Origin: a virus
Strand: one strand, 5' to 3'
IMG/VR virus record: IMGVR_UViG_3300030102_006261
Span: 32,001-96,000 of that record
DNA length: 64,000 nucleotides
In this document: one piece after another, positions 37,985 through 48,394 of the stretch
Layout of the letters: each line of letters begins with the position of its first letter
How positions within the stretch are numbered: the stretch's first letter is position 1
Program-made: the position numbers and the translations under genes
The notes under the pieces: generated by a model
What the model was told of the DNA's origin: nothing
Databases searched by the model: none
Seen by the model: the letters and a program-made list of their open reading frames with translations, nothing else

Positions 37985-38954
37985 TATAAAAAAAATCGAG
38001 CTGTCTTCGTTACATGCGAAAAACGAATTGGTTTTTGCTTTACCCTTTTTGAAAAAAGAGCAGTTTGAATATTTTAATAATGTTGTTCTTCAACCACATG
38101 AAAAAGCAAGATTTGTTTCTGTGTATAGTGATGGAAGATCTTATGTTGAGTTAACTTCAGTTGAAGATTGTGAATATGTTCTACTTCCATTTAAATGGAA
38201 AACAACACAGTTAGATCAGACTGACGGTAGACGCTTTGCGGAACCATACATCAAACTAGCTAAAGATAATGGTAAGAAGCTATTAGTTCTTTTTGAGGAT
38301 GATTATGCAGGTCCTCTAAATCTAAGATCAGATGAGGGCATTATTCTTAGAACTTCTTTCTTCAAATCTAAAAGAAGATCTAATGAATTTGCTTTACCCG
38401 TTTTTAGATGTGACAGATTTAAAAGTGGTAATTATATCAAGGAAAAACCAAAAAAGCCTACTGTTGGATTTTGTGGATTTTTTAATTCTCCAGCGCACGG
38501 TATCCGAAAATATGCACTACACAATCTAGAAAATGATAATAGAGTCCACTCTAATTATATTATTCGAGATTATTTTTGGGCACATGGAATAGATAAAAAT
38601 TTAGCAGTATCAGATCATTATACTAACGTAGAAAATAACATGTTTACGTTGTGTTCTCGTGGTGCCGGTAACCATTCGATGAGATTATATGAGGTTTTGT
38701 CGATGGGTAGGATACCTATTCAGGTTGACACCGATTGTGTTTATCCATTTGAAGATGTGATTGACTGGTCTAAGCATTGTGTGATTGTACCAGAAAAGGA
38801 TATACATAATATTGGTGATTATGTTATGGATTTTTATAATTCTAAAAGCTCTGGTGATTTATTAAATATGCAAAAGAACAATAGAAAAATTTGGGAAGAA
38901 TATCTATCACCCTTGGGTTTTATGAAAAATGTGAAGGAGTCTTTTCATGATTGA
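37947..38954 (+). CDS. Exostosin-family glycosyltransferase (GT47-like)
   Basis: GFCG, F.LC.RG.GN.S.RLYE.L..GRIP, PF...IDW. Confidence 0.78.
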   Translation: MEKSVDKLKLHLDIKKIELSSLHAKNELVFALPFLKKEQFEYFNNVVLQPHEKARFVSVYSDGRSYVELTSVEDCEYVLLPFKWKTTQLDQTDGRRFAEPYIKLAKDNGKKLLVLFEDDYAGPLNLRSDEGIILRTSFFKSKRRSNEFALPVFRCDRFKSGNYIKEKPKKPTVGFCGFFNSPAHGIRKYALHNLENDNRVHSNYIIRDYFWAHGIDKNLAVSDHYTNVENNMFTLCSRGAGNHSMRLYEVLSMGRIPIQVDTDCVYPFEDVIDWSKHCVIVPEKDIHNIGDYVMDFYNSKSSGDLLNMQKNNRKIWEEYLSPLGFMKNVKESFHD

Positions 38955-39924
38955 TCCAATTAGCAGTTATCCATATATTTCTTCGTATACTTTTAGAAAA
39001 GAATGTGACTGGGCAATAATGACCAGTAGGGATACACCACACATTCTAAAACTAGGTAGTGGTGTGGATCCAGAAAAAGTTAAATCTGGCGCTCGTATTT
39101 ACGTCACAACAGAGGGACTCCCGTACTTTCTAAATGAGATTGAACCAAAAATTAAAGTGCCATATTTTCTTCTCACTGGAAGAAGTGATGTGCAGGTGAA
39201 TGGTGAATTAGCCTCTCATGTCTTACGACCAAATCTAATTCGTTGGTATGCTGTTAATGTTAATCTAGAAAAAACACACCCCAAAATAGTGTCAGTCCCT
39301 CTTGGTTTGGATAATGCAAATTGGAATGTTGACGGCAATCCTCAAACTGATATAACGCTTTTCTTTGATGTCAATCAAGACAATATCCAAGCAGAAAAAG
39401 ATATTTTGATTTCTTTTCAAAGACACACCAATACACATCAAAGAAATAAATGTTACGACTATTTTAAAGACAATCTAAAAAAGATTTGTACATTTAGGAA
39501 GTATAAAAACAAAAACAGACTCGATAGAGACTTTTTGCGAGAATATTATGTTGAAGTCAAAAGACATAAATTTAATGTGTGTCCACCGGGTGCAGGTTTT
39601 GATTGTCATAGAATATGGCAAACATTGATTCTAGGTTCATTTCCAATAGTGAAAAATAGTTGGGCATGGAGGGAGTTTCAAGACTTACCGGTATGGTACG
39701 TGAACAGGTTCTCTGATGTAACTAAGAAGTCTCTAGACGAAAAATATGAGGAAATAGTTACTAATCTAAAATCAGGAAAGTATAATCTAGATAAAATTAA
39801 ATTTGATTATTGGAAAAAGGTGATGGACGATGACAGAATTAATTTCTACAGAAACTATAAAGAAGAAAATACAGGATCTACAATTCACAAGTCCTATAAT
39901 ATCGACGAACTTCTTACTGGGTGA
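38947..39924 (+). CDS. Exostosin/GT47-like glycosyltransferase
   Basis: G.SD, PLGL, KF.VCPPG.G.DCHR.W..L.LG..PIV, LPV. Confidence 0.65.
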   Translation: MIDPISSYPYISSYTFRKECDWAIMTSRDTPHILKLGSGVDPEKVKSGARIYVTTEGLPYFLNEIEPKIKVPYFLLTGRSDVQVNGELASHVLRPNLIRWYAVNVNLEKTHPKIVSVPLGLDNANWNVDGNPQTDITLFFDVNQDNIQAEKDILISFQRHTNTHQRNKCYDYFKDNLKKICTFRKYKNKNRLDRDFLREYYVEVKRHKFNVCPPGAGFDCHRIWQTLILGSFPIVKNSWAWREFQDLPVWYVNRFSDVTKKSLDEKYEEIVTNLKSGKYNLDKIKFDYWKKVMDDDRINFYRNYKEENTGSTIHKSYNIDELLTG

Positions 39925-40789
39925 CTTAGAGATTGGTGGATTTGGTGCGATGGTTGCTAGAAGGAAACTTCTCATGCAAATTGGTTATGCAACTAATAGA
40001 GCAGTTTTATTCAGACATACCTCGTATCTTTATGATGAGTGTTACCAACCGCCATCTAGATATAAAATGTTGGACGTAATCAATGGTTATCAAGGTAAAG
40101 TAAAATCGATAGATGATATCAATGACTCCTCTTGTTCCTTGATTTATTTTGATTTTGACTACTATTGGAATCACCCACAATATAAGGATCATTATCAGTG
40201 TTGGAGACCTGATGGTATAAGTTATATTGAGTTCTGTGGAGCCATTCTTGATGAATTTAAACTGCTACCAGATTATCAAGAGTATGTTGATTCTGTTCGT
40301 CAGCGTTTATCAATCGATCATGAAACCATAGGATTGCATATCAGGAGAGGGGACAAGGGAATCGAGACTGGTAAGCATACCTTTGTTTCGCTTGATGGAT
40401 ATGAACGTGAGGTGAGAAAAGCATCCGAAAAATTGGGATCTAAAAGAGTTTTCATTTCATCAGATTCAGAGGAAGCGATGGGGGAAATGAAAAATCGTCT
40501 AGATGGGTATGATGTTTTTTGGGATGAAGACGAGAAACGTTATGATAACGCTAATTGGTCCATGGTAAAAGAAAATCCAGAAATGCGTAGAGATGAGACG
40601 ATGACAGGGGCGAAGATTATCGATCTTTTTGGTTCCTGTGGCCATGTTATTGGGCAGGAGAATACTCAGTTTGCTAAACTAGGTGGATCTCTTTGTTGTG
40701 CTAGGACTGGTAATAAAGATTGTATGACACTAATTGAATATGGATCCGAGGAGGTTGTCAAATATGGCTCAAGATCATCCAACAGTTAA
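39830..40789 (+). CDS. Alpha-1,6-fucosyltransferase-like (GT23/FUT8/NodZ-like)
   Basis: GFG, IGLHIRRGDK GDP-sugar-binding motif, VFISSD. Confidence 0.72.
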   Translation: MTELISTETIKKKIQDLQFTSPIISTNFLLGDLEIGGFGAMVARRKLLMQIGYATNRAVLFRHTSYLYDECYQPPSRYKMLDVINGYQGKVKSIDDINDSSCSLIYFDFDYYWNHPQYKDHYQCWRPDGISYIEFCGAILDEFKLLPDYQEYVDSVRQRLSIDHETIGLHIRRGDKGIETGKHTFVSLDGYEREVRKASEKLGSKRVFISSDSEEAMGEMKNRLDGYDVFWDEDEKRYDNANWSMVKENPEMRRDETMTGAKIIDLFGSCGHVIGQENTQFAKLGGSLCCARTGNKDCMTLIEYGSEEVVKYGSRSSNS

Positions 40790-41483
40790 GGTTGGTTTCT
40801 CTGTAACGAATCACTACAGCGAAAGGATTCGCCCGCAAGGGAGAGAGTTGCTCTCAGCGTACCTAGAATCGCTTGAGAAGTCCTGTAAGTATCCTTTTGA
40901 GGTATTCATCGTTGATAATGAATCAGAGGATAGATTGGATGAGAATAAGTTACCAGATCATTATCACTATTACTATATTGAGAATCAGACTACCGGTGGT
41001 TTGACACATGCGTGGAACACTGGTATACGAAAAGCATTTGATCATGGTTGTGATATTGTATTCAATACAAATGAAGACCTAACTTTCAATGAATCAATAA
41101 ATAATTTTGTTGATGTGATACTTAATCACGAGGACAGTAACGTCGCTTTATATGGTCCGATGTCTGATGGTGTCTCTACACACCATCAACAGGCGACTGA
41201 AGCTGGTGAGAACGTTTTAATTGAAACAACAAACGATGCTTGGGACAATAGGCGTGGGTATGCTTTGAATGGTTTTTTCTACGGGTTAACAAAGGAAATG
41301 TATGAAAGATTCCGATATGATGAGAAGAATCTTTTTAGCACAGAATATTGGTGTTCTTGGAACGGGCAAGAAATTGAAATTCATGATAGGTGCTGGCCGC
41401 TGGGTATGCGAAGTTTCATCGCTCAGGGGTGTTTTGTCCCACACATTAAATTAAAAGACTGGCAACATTTTAGGAGTTGTTGA
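40764..41483 (+). CDS. Glycosyltransferase GT2-like
   Basis: IVDNES, G...AWNTG, NED, H.K motifs; GAGGAGG SD puts the start at 40764. Confidence 0.7.
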   Translation: MAQDHPTVKVGFSVTNHYSERIRPQGRELLSAYLESLEKSCKYPFEVFIVDNESEDRLDENKLPDHYHYYYIENQTTGGLTHAWNTGIRKAFDHGCDIVFNTNEDLTFNESINNFVDVILNHEDSNVALYGPMSDGVSTHHQQATEAGENVLIETTNDAWDNRRGYALNGFFYGLTKEMYERFRYDEKNLFSTEYWCSWNGQEIEIHDRCWPLGMRSFIAQGCFVPHIKLKDWQHFRSC

Positions 41484-42298
41484 TGATTGTATCTACGATT
41501 GATTCTGGATTGGGAAATAGAATTAAGTGTCTTCTAAGTTGTATGAGACTAGACGAAGACACAAAATTAATTTGGCCTCGTAATAGGTTTACCACATGTG
41601 ATTTCAACCAGTTGTTTGATGGAGATTGGGAGATACCCTCTGTCCCTGAAGCGGCTGATGTAGCAACACGTTTCAATGAAAGATTACTTGTTCTTGATTC
41701 TGATCCCATTGGTGACGGCTTTGCTCAGGAACATCCCAATAAGAAGCACGAGAACGGTAAACTTCGTAAAAAGATAGAGGTTAACAATGGCAGAAACATA
41801 GATCATGAATATGAAAGAATACCACAAAGTGTAAAGGATTCATACATCGAGCAAGTCAGAAAGCTTACTCCAGTAAAATACATTCGAGATCAGATAGAAG
41901 AATTTTCATCTGTGAACTTTGATGAGGATACTGTGTCTGTTCATATGCGATCTTGGGCTGATGATCCTCGAAGACAATGTTTGTTTAGTTACGAGGATTA
42001 TTATAAGCATATGGACAAGATGGAAGATAAGACATTCTTCGTTTGTGCTGATCATCAAAGTTGTATAGATACGTTGAGACGTAGATACGGAAACAGAGTA
42101 TTTGATTATCCAAAAAGAGGTGACGGGAATTATAGTCCAGGCACCGCTTATATGACAACATTGGAAGCATCTCAGGATGCAATTATTGAAATGTATCTTT
42201 TAGGTAAAAACCCGACCATACTTGGATCTTACCTCAGCACCTTTGTTGAAGTTGGTTGGTGGTTGAATGAATGTAAAGGAAAGGTAACAATAGTATGA
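41483..42298 (+). CDS. Fucosyltransferase-like GT-B enzyme (NodZ/O-FucT-like)
   Basis: GLGNR, VHMR, FFVCAD, A.IE.YLL, GS..STF motifs. Confidence 0.68.
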   Translation: MIVSTIDSGLGNRIKCLLSCMRLDEDTKLIWPRNRFTTCDFNQLFDGDWEIPSVPEAADVATRFNERLLVLDSDPIGDGFAQEHPNKKHENGKLRKKIEVNNGRNIDHEYERIPQSVKDSYIEQVRKLTPVKYIRDQIEEFSSVNFDEDTVSVHMRSWADDPRRQCLFSYEDYYKHMDKMEDKTFFVCADHQSCIDTLRRRYGNRVFDYPKRGDGNYSPGTAYMTTLEASQDAIIEMYLLGKNPTILGSYLSTFVEVGWWLNECKGKVTIV

Positions 42299-42954
42299 GT
42301 AACATACCGGCGGCGGGAGTGTGGAACAGTGATTATGAAAATGCTCGATACAATTGTCCATATTTAAACGAGAATAGTTGTGTTTTGGATCTCGGTGGGT
42401 ATATGGGTGAATTTTCTCATAAGATACAAGAAAAGTATGGGTGTGATGTTCACGTATATGAGCCTATCCATGAGTATTGTGATGCCATCGAAGAAAAATT
42501 AAATTCAAAAATTCACGTTAACAGATTCGCTTTGGGTTCATCTACAGGTGAAGAGAAAATTTTGTTGAGTGGTGAAGGCACTACCTTAGAAAAATACGAC
42601 AGAAGAAACAACTCTTCTCATAAAGGCAGCCCGGGTGAAGACATTAAATCATCTCCATCAGAAGAAATTGATGTGGTAGATATTTTAGATGAAATTAAAA
42701 AGTATGATGAAATTGATTTGATGAAAATAAATGTGGAAGGGGCTGAGTATGAGATATTACCAATTTTAATTGAATCTGGTGATATCAAAAAAGTCAAAAA
42801 TCTTCAGGTTCAGTTTCATAGTTTTGTTGATAATGGCTATGACATGTATGTTGAATTGAAACATATTTTGTCTGAGACACATGAGGTAGTATTGGATTCT
42901 GTATGGAAGTGGACATTCTGGACAAGGAAAAATCATGCCGATATCAAACGGTAA
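42295..42954 (+). CDS. FkbM-family SAM-dependent methyltransferase
   Basis: VLDLGGY.G, YEP, IDLMKIN.EG.EY, QVQFH. Confidence 0.85.
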   Translation: MSNIPAAGVWNSDYENARYNCPYLNENSCVLDLGGYMGEFSHKIQEKYGCDVHVYEPIHEYCDAIEEKLNSKIHVNRFALGSSTGEEKILLSGEGTTLEKYDRRNNSSHKGSPGEDIKSSPSEEIDVVDILDEIKKYDEIDLMKINVEGAEYEILPILIESGDIKKVKNLQVQFHSFVDNGYDMYVELKHILSETHEVVLDSVWKWTFWTRKNHADIKR

Positions 42955-43729
42955 TAAAGAAGCTAAAAAACAGGTAATATTCATTCATATACCAAAAACA
43001 GCGGGTCACAGTGTCCGAAATGCCATGGAGAAAACTGGTTATGAATGGTTTGATTTTGTCAATAAACACATGCCTGCACGGCTTGTAGCTGAAGCTATGG
43101 ATCTGACTCTCGATAGAATTCAAACACTTGTCGATGTTAAGTTTAATTCAGATGAGTTTCTGAGTTTATCTAGAAAGCATGGGGAAATAAAATCATACAA
43201 ATGGATTATTAACATGTTAAGTCAATTGTATAAAAACAAATGTTACAACTTAGATACCTTTGATGTATATTATTCTTTCGGTTTTGTTAGAAATCCGTTT
43301 GCAGTCGCTCTATCTAGATTTCTTTATCACCACAGGGATGACAAAAAAACTGATCTTGATCTTGCAGTAAAAAATGAATTTGACCGTAGCTCGCTAGGAT
43401 TTAACAAATGGTTAGAGAAACTAGAAGATAAACAATGGGATAGGTATTTTTACCACAACATGGGAAGTTTTAAAAATACACAAGCTAGTTACTTGATGGA
43501 TAACACTAACAGAATTATGGTTAATGATGTGTATCGATATGAAAATTTAAAAAATGACTATGCCAAAGTGTGTTCTATTCTTGGTTGTACTAATTATTTG
43601 GATGAATTTCATTTCAATAAGTCAAGTAAAACACCTGTGAAATATAAGGATTACTATACTTCAACTGGTATAGATATCATTGAAAAGATATACAAAGATG
43701 ATTTGGAGTATTTTAATTATGAGTTTTAA
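42935..43729 (+). CDS. Carbohydrate sulfotransferase (Sulfotransfer_2-like)
   Basis: 5'-PSB FIHIPKTAG.S, 3'-PB FVRNP....S, RYENL, Y..D...F.Y.F. Confidence 0.85.
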   Translation: MPISNGNKEAKKQVIFIHIPKTAGHSVRNAMEKTGYEWFDFVNKHMPARLVAEAMDLTLDRIQTLVDVKFNSDEFLSLSRKHGEIKSYKWIINMLSQLYKNKCYNLDTFDVYYSFGFVRNPFAVALSRFLYHHRDDKKTDLDLAVKNEFDRSSLGFNKWLEKLEDKQWDRYFYHNMGSFKNTQASYLMDNTNRIMVNDVYRYENLKNDYAKVCSILGCTNYLDEFHFNKSSKTPVKYKDYYTSTGIDIIEKIYKDDLEYFNYEF

Positions 43730-44843
43730 TTTAGCTGTTGTTGGTATTGGTAGATTGGGATTGTGCTTTGCCTTAAATTTAGAAAAAGCAGGGCACAAGG
43801 TAGTAGGGTATGACATTAGAGATGACTATATTGATTCAATCAACGATAAAACGTTTCGATCATCTGAGCCGTATTTAAATGAGTATGTAAAAAATTACAG
43901 TAACTTTAAGGCAACTTCTTCTTTGAAAGATGTCCTTGATACGTCCGATATGCTTTTTGTGACATTACGAACAGAGTCAGATGAAAATGGTAAATATAAT
44001 CACGATCAAATAGAAAGTTTTTTGGAAAGATTGCTGTCTTTCGGTAAGCAAGAAACACAAAAGCATTTGGTAATATGTAGCAATGTGCAGCCCGGTTATA
44101 CAGATACCGTCGCAGAAAGAGTCAAAGAATATAACTACACCACTACATTTAACCCAGAGACAATTGCACAGGGTCAGATTATAAAGGATCAACTGAATCC
44201 CAGTATCATAATTATTGGAGAAGAGAAGGATTGTACAAAAAAGGAGGATAATAGAACTCCCGGTAATATGTTAGCGGAGATATATGAGAGTATGTGCGTA
44301 CCCACATATGATCTCCATTTCATGGATAGAACAAGCGCAGAATTAACTAAGGTTGGTCTTAATTGTTCACTCACCGCAAAAATATCAATGGCTAACACCA
44401 TAGGTGATGTTGCAATTAGAATGGGAGCAAACCCAGATAAAATATTAAATGCGATTGGTTCCGATGACAGAATCGGCAACAAATATTTTAAGTTTGGATT
44501 TGGATATGGTGGTCCTTGTTTCCCACGAGATAACAGAGCCTTTATTCGATCTGCTGAGTCTGTTGGTGTGACAGCACACATGAACATAGCGTGTGATAAA
44601 ACAAATGAAGATCATTTAGAACACCAATTGAATCATTTTTGTGAAAATCGAGATAAGAAAAATCCAATTGTGGCTAGACAGGTTTCATTCAAAGAAAACT
44701 GTCCAAGCATAGAGGAGTCTGAGCAATTAAAATTTGCAGTCGGACTTGCACATAGGGGGTATTCTGTTATAATAGCTGACTCAAAAGAAGTTATAGAACA
44801 AGTACGTGACATATATGGCGATTTATTCACTTATGCAAAATAA
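43719..44843 (+). CDS. ugd: UDP-glucose/GDP-mannose dehydrogenase family
   Basis: VVGIGRLG, NPE, AEL.K...N...KIS.AN, D.RIG, catalytic GYGGPCFPRD. Confidence 0.88.
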   Translation: MSFNLAVVGIGRLGLCFALNLEKAGHKVVGYDIRDDYIDSINDKTFRSSEPYLNEYVKNYSNFKATSSLKDVLDTSDMLFVTLRTESDENGKYNHDQIESFLERLLSFGKQETQKHLVICSNVQPGYTDTVAERVKEYNYTTTFNPETIAQGQIIKDQLNPSIIIIGEEKDCTKKEDNRTPGNMLAEIYESMCVPTYDLHFMDRTSAELTKVGLNCSLTAKISMANTIGDVAIRMGANPDKILNAIGSDDRIGNKYFKFGFGYGGPCFPRDNRAFIRSAESVGVTAHMNIACDKTNEDHLEHQLNHFCENRDKKNPIVARQVSFKENCPSIEESEQLKFAVGLAHRGYSVIIADSKEVIEQVRDIYGDLFTYAK

Positions 44844-45849
44844 AAAAATATTGATCTTCGGTGGTTCTGGTTCTCTAGGTAAAACATTAATTAGTCGTTT
44901 GTATAAGCATAATGATGTATTGATTTACTCTAGGGATGAGGCTAAACACTGGACAATCAAAAACACGTTCAATTCAATTAATCTTAGTTTTAGTGTTGGT
45001 GACATACGAGATTTTAGTAGAATTAAAGAAATCTTGTTTCAGTTTCAGCCAAATATTATCATAATGGCTTCTGCATTAAAGCAAGTTGATACTTGTGAGT
45101 TGTCTCCTAATGAAAGTATACAGACGAATGTAATTGGTATTGATAACATTGTTAGGGCAGTCGAGGAAAACATCAATAATCTTCCTGAACTAGAGTCTGT
45201 CTTGATGGTTAGCACAGATAAGGCTTGCGCTCCAGTTAATGTATATGGTATGTGTAAGGCAATATCAGAGCGAACTGTCACCGCCAGATCACGATTTGAT
45301 CATTTGGGTGGAGTTAATTTTCTTTGTGTTCGTTATGGAAATGTTCTAGACTCTAGAGGGAGCATACTCCCTCTGTTTAGGCACCAAGTTAAAACTCAAG
45401 ATTTCATAACAGTCACACACCCAGACATGACAAGATTTTTGATGACACTCGATGAGAGTGTTGATTTGATTTTAACAACACTAAAAACTGCTAAATCTGG
45501 TGAGACTTGGATACCTGTTTTAAAGTCTATGAGAATTTTAGACTTAGCTAAAATATATGCGGATATGTATGGTAAAGACATACAGATTAGTGGTATAAGA
45601 CCTGGTGAAAAATTACATGAGGCACTAGTGTCTGAGTGTGAATCAACACGAGCTAAGATGATCAATGATCACCACGTACTGGAACCATCGTATAGTTCTC
45701 AAATAAACGATAATATTTTTAGTTACACAAGTGAAGATTCTACGATGTCCGAGGTAGAGCTTAAAGACTACTTGGTTGAATTGGATCTTCTTGACAGAGA
45801 TCCTGAAGATTTTATTGGTAAAACCATAGAAGAACAAAAGAGACATTAA
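44833..45849 (+). CDS. UDP-GlcNAc 4,6-dehydratase (PseB/CapD/FnlA family)
   Basis: GGSGSLG, SRDE.K, GDIRD, ALKQV, STDKA..P.N.YG..K, RYGNV..SRGS, MTRF, GIRPGEKLHE. Confidence 0.88.
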   Translation: MQNKKILIFGGSGSLGKTLISRLYKHNDVLIYSRDEAKHWTIKNTFNSINLSFSVGDIRDFSRIKEILFQFQPNIIIMASALKQVDTCELSPNESIQTNVIGIDNIVRAVEENINNLPELESVLMVSTDKACAPVNVYGMCKAISERTVTARSRFDHLGGVNFLCVRYGNVLDSRGSILPLFRHQVKTQDFITVTHPDMTRFLMTLDESVDLILTTLKTAKSGETWIPVLKSMRILDLAKIYADMYGKDIQISGIRPGEKLHEALVSECESTRAKMINDHHVLEPSYSSQINDNIFSYTSEDSTMSEVELKDYLVELDLLDRDPEDFIGKTIEEQKRH

Positions 45850-45850
45850 G

Positions 45851-46987
45851 ATGAAAAAGTATGACTATCCAATGTTCAAAGTTCATGTTGATGTTAATTC
45901 TGCGTTGGACGAATTGAGCAATGTTTTATCTAGTGGGTTTTTGAATGAGGGTGAGCAAGTAAAGAAATTTTCTGATGCAATGTCGTCGTACTTGGATCAC
46001 CCACATGTAATTCCACTTAATAGTTGTACGAGCGCGTTAACATTGGCATTAAAGTTATCTGGTGTTGATCCGGATAGTGAAGTTATCACTACATCGATGA
46101 CATGCATAGCATCTATAACTCCAATATCAAATCTTGGTGCCAAAATTGTCTGGGCAGATATAGAAAAAGATACAGGTAATATATCAGTGGATAGCGTAAA
46201 AGAATTGATTACAAAAAAAACTAAAGCAGTTTTATGTGTTGATTGGGCTGGTTTGCCTTGTGATTTAATCGCTTTGCAGAAGTTGTGTCGTTCACATAAT
46301 ATTAGGTTGATACAAGATGCGGCTCATGCTTTTGGATCAAACTATGAGGGAAAGTCGGTGTGTCACTTTGCTGATTTTACATGCTATAGCTTTCAGGCTA
46401 TAAAGCACATTACGTGTGGTGATGGGGGACTTTTAGTTTGTGCTAATAAAGGAGACTATGCTAGGGCTAAGAATTTAAAGTGGTTTGGTTTTGATCGAGA
46501 TGGTTGTAAAACTTCTAAGGGGGAGTGGAAGGGTCAACGTTGGGAAGTTGATATAAATGAGGCGGGGTACAAATTTTACATGAATAATGTGTCTGCTGCG
46601 ATAGGGTTGTCGCAACTCAAACATATTGACAATGTGTTAAGCTCCCATAAAAATAATGCTAAGATATATGCGAAATACTTCTCCGATAAATTTGAAGTAG
46701 AACCATTGACAGTCTCTATTGGTGGAGATCCGGCATATTGGGTTTATACGGTTTTACTTGATGAAAGTGTGGATAGAGACGGTATTCTGAAAAACTTAAA
46801 TGATATGGGCATAGGTGCAGGTTTGGTTCATATACCCTGTCACAATTATAGTTGTTTTAGTGAGAGTTTCACAGAGCTACCAATGACTGATTACTTTCAC
46901 ACACATCAATTATCGTTGCCTTGTGGGTGGTGGTTAACTGATTGTGATGTAAAAAATATCATCAATGAAATGGATGCTATGTTATGA
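45851..46987 (+). CDS. DegT/DnrJ/EryC1/StrS sugar aminotransferase
   Basis: NSCTSAL, DAAHAFG, SFQAIKHIT.GDGG (PLP Lys), LSLP. Confidence 0.92.
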   Translation: MKKYDYPMFKVHVDVNSALDELSNVLSSGFLNEGEQVKKFSDAMSSYLDHPHVIPLNSCTSALTLALKLSGVDPDSEVITTSMTCIASITPISNLGAKIVWADIEKDTGNISVDSVKELITKKTKAVLCVDWAGLPCDLIALQKLCRSHNIRLIQDAAHAFGSNYEGKSVCHFADFTCYSFQAIKHITCGDGGLLVCANKGDYARAKNLKWFGFDRDGCKTSKGEWKGQRWEVDINEAGYKFYMNNVSAAIGLSQLKHIDNVLSSHKNNAKIYAKYFSDKFEVEPLTVSIGGDPAYWVYTVLLDESVDRDGILKNLNDMGIGAGLVHIPCHNYSCFSESFTELPMTDYFHTHQLSLPCGWWLTDCDVKNIINEMDAML

Positions 46988-47721
46988 CAATAACTTGTGG
47001 GATACTTTTTAATTGTAAACAAAAGTTTGATCCATACGTTGATTGGTTGTTGGAAAACCAAGATGTTTATGGGTATACAGTTTATGGTATCCACGCATCA
47101 ACAGACTATACCATACAACAGTTTATCAGATACAATGATTCATTTAAAACTTTTGATGAAGTGGTTGAAAATTCTGATATTATATTATCATTAGGTTATT
47201 GGAATATAATAGATAGTTCCACCATAAAAAAGATCCCTATGGGGATCATAAATTTTCATCACTCATACAAGTTGAAATACAAGGGTAGACACTGCGCCAC
47301 ATGGGCTATAAAAAATAAAGAATCAGTGCATGGTAGCACCATGCACTTTATCGATGAAAAGTTAGATTGTGGTAAAATAATAGATACAAATTATTTTAAA
47401 ATACAAGATTATCATACTTCCCAAGATCTTTTCACGAGAGCGACTGATGTTGGATTTAATTTGTTGAAGGATAATTTCCCAAAAATAATTGGTAAAGAAC
47501 ATATTGAATATAAATCACATAGCGAAAAGTCTTTTTATAATAAAGAGGTTGATCTGAATCATAAAATTGATGTCTCTACCTTACAAGACACAGATGAACT
47601 TTATAGGCATATTAGATCTTTAACTTTTGCTGGTTGTCCATCACCATATGTTGTTATTGGTGGTAAAAAGGTATATCTTAAGTTGGAGGGTTATGATACA
47701 GGGGTTTTACATGCAAAGTAA
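46984..47721 (+). CDS. Sugar N-formyltransferase
   Basis: INFH.S....YKG, G.T.H.ID..LD.G, R.LTF motifs. Confidence 0.8.
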   Translation: MTITCGILFNCKQKFDPYVDWLLENQDVYGYTVYGIHASTDYTIQQFIRYNDSFKTFDEVVENSDIILSLGYWNIIDSSTIKKIPMGIINFHHSYKLKYKGRHCATWAIKNKESVHGSTMHFIDEKLDCGKIIDTNYFKIQDYHTSQDLFTRATDVGFNLLKDNFPKIIGKEHIEYKSHSEKSFYNKEVDLNHKIDVSTLQDTDELYRHIRSLTFAGCPSPYVVIGGKKVYLKLEGYDTGVLHAK

Positions 47722-48394
47722 TAATAGGTTTACTATAAAATATTATGATGAAATAATCAAAAAAGCAAAATCGAATGATTATGTTTTTGTTACTGTGCAT
47801 GAATATTTTGATCTAGGTTGCCCTACCACGGGGTATTTTATTCTTAGACATGATTTAGATAAACACCCACAAACATTACAGAAGCAATTGGATGTTGAAA
47901 TTTCTAATGGTGTTCGTTCAACAATTTATGCGAGGGTCACTGCAAACGATTATAATGTTTTGTCATATCCAGTTTTAAAAATGTTAAGGAGTGCGGAGGA
48001 TGATGGATTTGAAATTGGATTGCATACTAATTTTGTCGAATACGCAACAATAAATTCTTTAGATCCTATGAAGGTTTTGTCCATGGAGAATGAACTATTA
48101 AGTTCTTTTTTTGATGTGCGAGGTCTTGCTCCACACAGGGATTTAAATTATGCGTACAACTCTCTTCCGTTCATAAAAAGAAATTGGAACCAAATAAAAA
48201 CTATTGGTTTTGACTATGAGGCATATGATGATCAAATCTTTTCCTCTTGTGTGTACGTAAATGAAGGTTTTAATCCACATCTATGTTGGAGAAATAACGC
48301 ACCAGAAGATGTGATTGAGACTGGTGTTTCAATTTATATGATGACACATAACCACTGGTGGTATGATGAAAATCCATTCGAGGAGTGGAGATGA
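47711..48394 (+). CDS. Polysaccharide deacetylase-like (CE4/WbmS-like)
   Basis: LRHDLD, GFEIGLH and H..WW metal-binding motifs. Confidence 0.65.
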   Translation: MQSNNRFTIKYYDEIIKKAKSNDYVFVTVHEYFDLGCPTTGYFILRHDLDKHPQTLQKQLDVEISNGVRSTIYARVTANDYNVLSYPVLKMLRSAEDDGFEIGLHTNFVEYATINSLDPMKVLSMENELLSSFFDVRGLAPHRDLNYAYNSLPFIKRNWNQIKTIGFDYEAYDDQIFSSCVYVNEGFNPHLCWRNNAPEDVIETGVSIYMMTHNHWWYDENPFEEWR

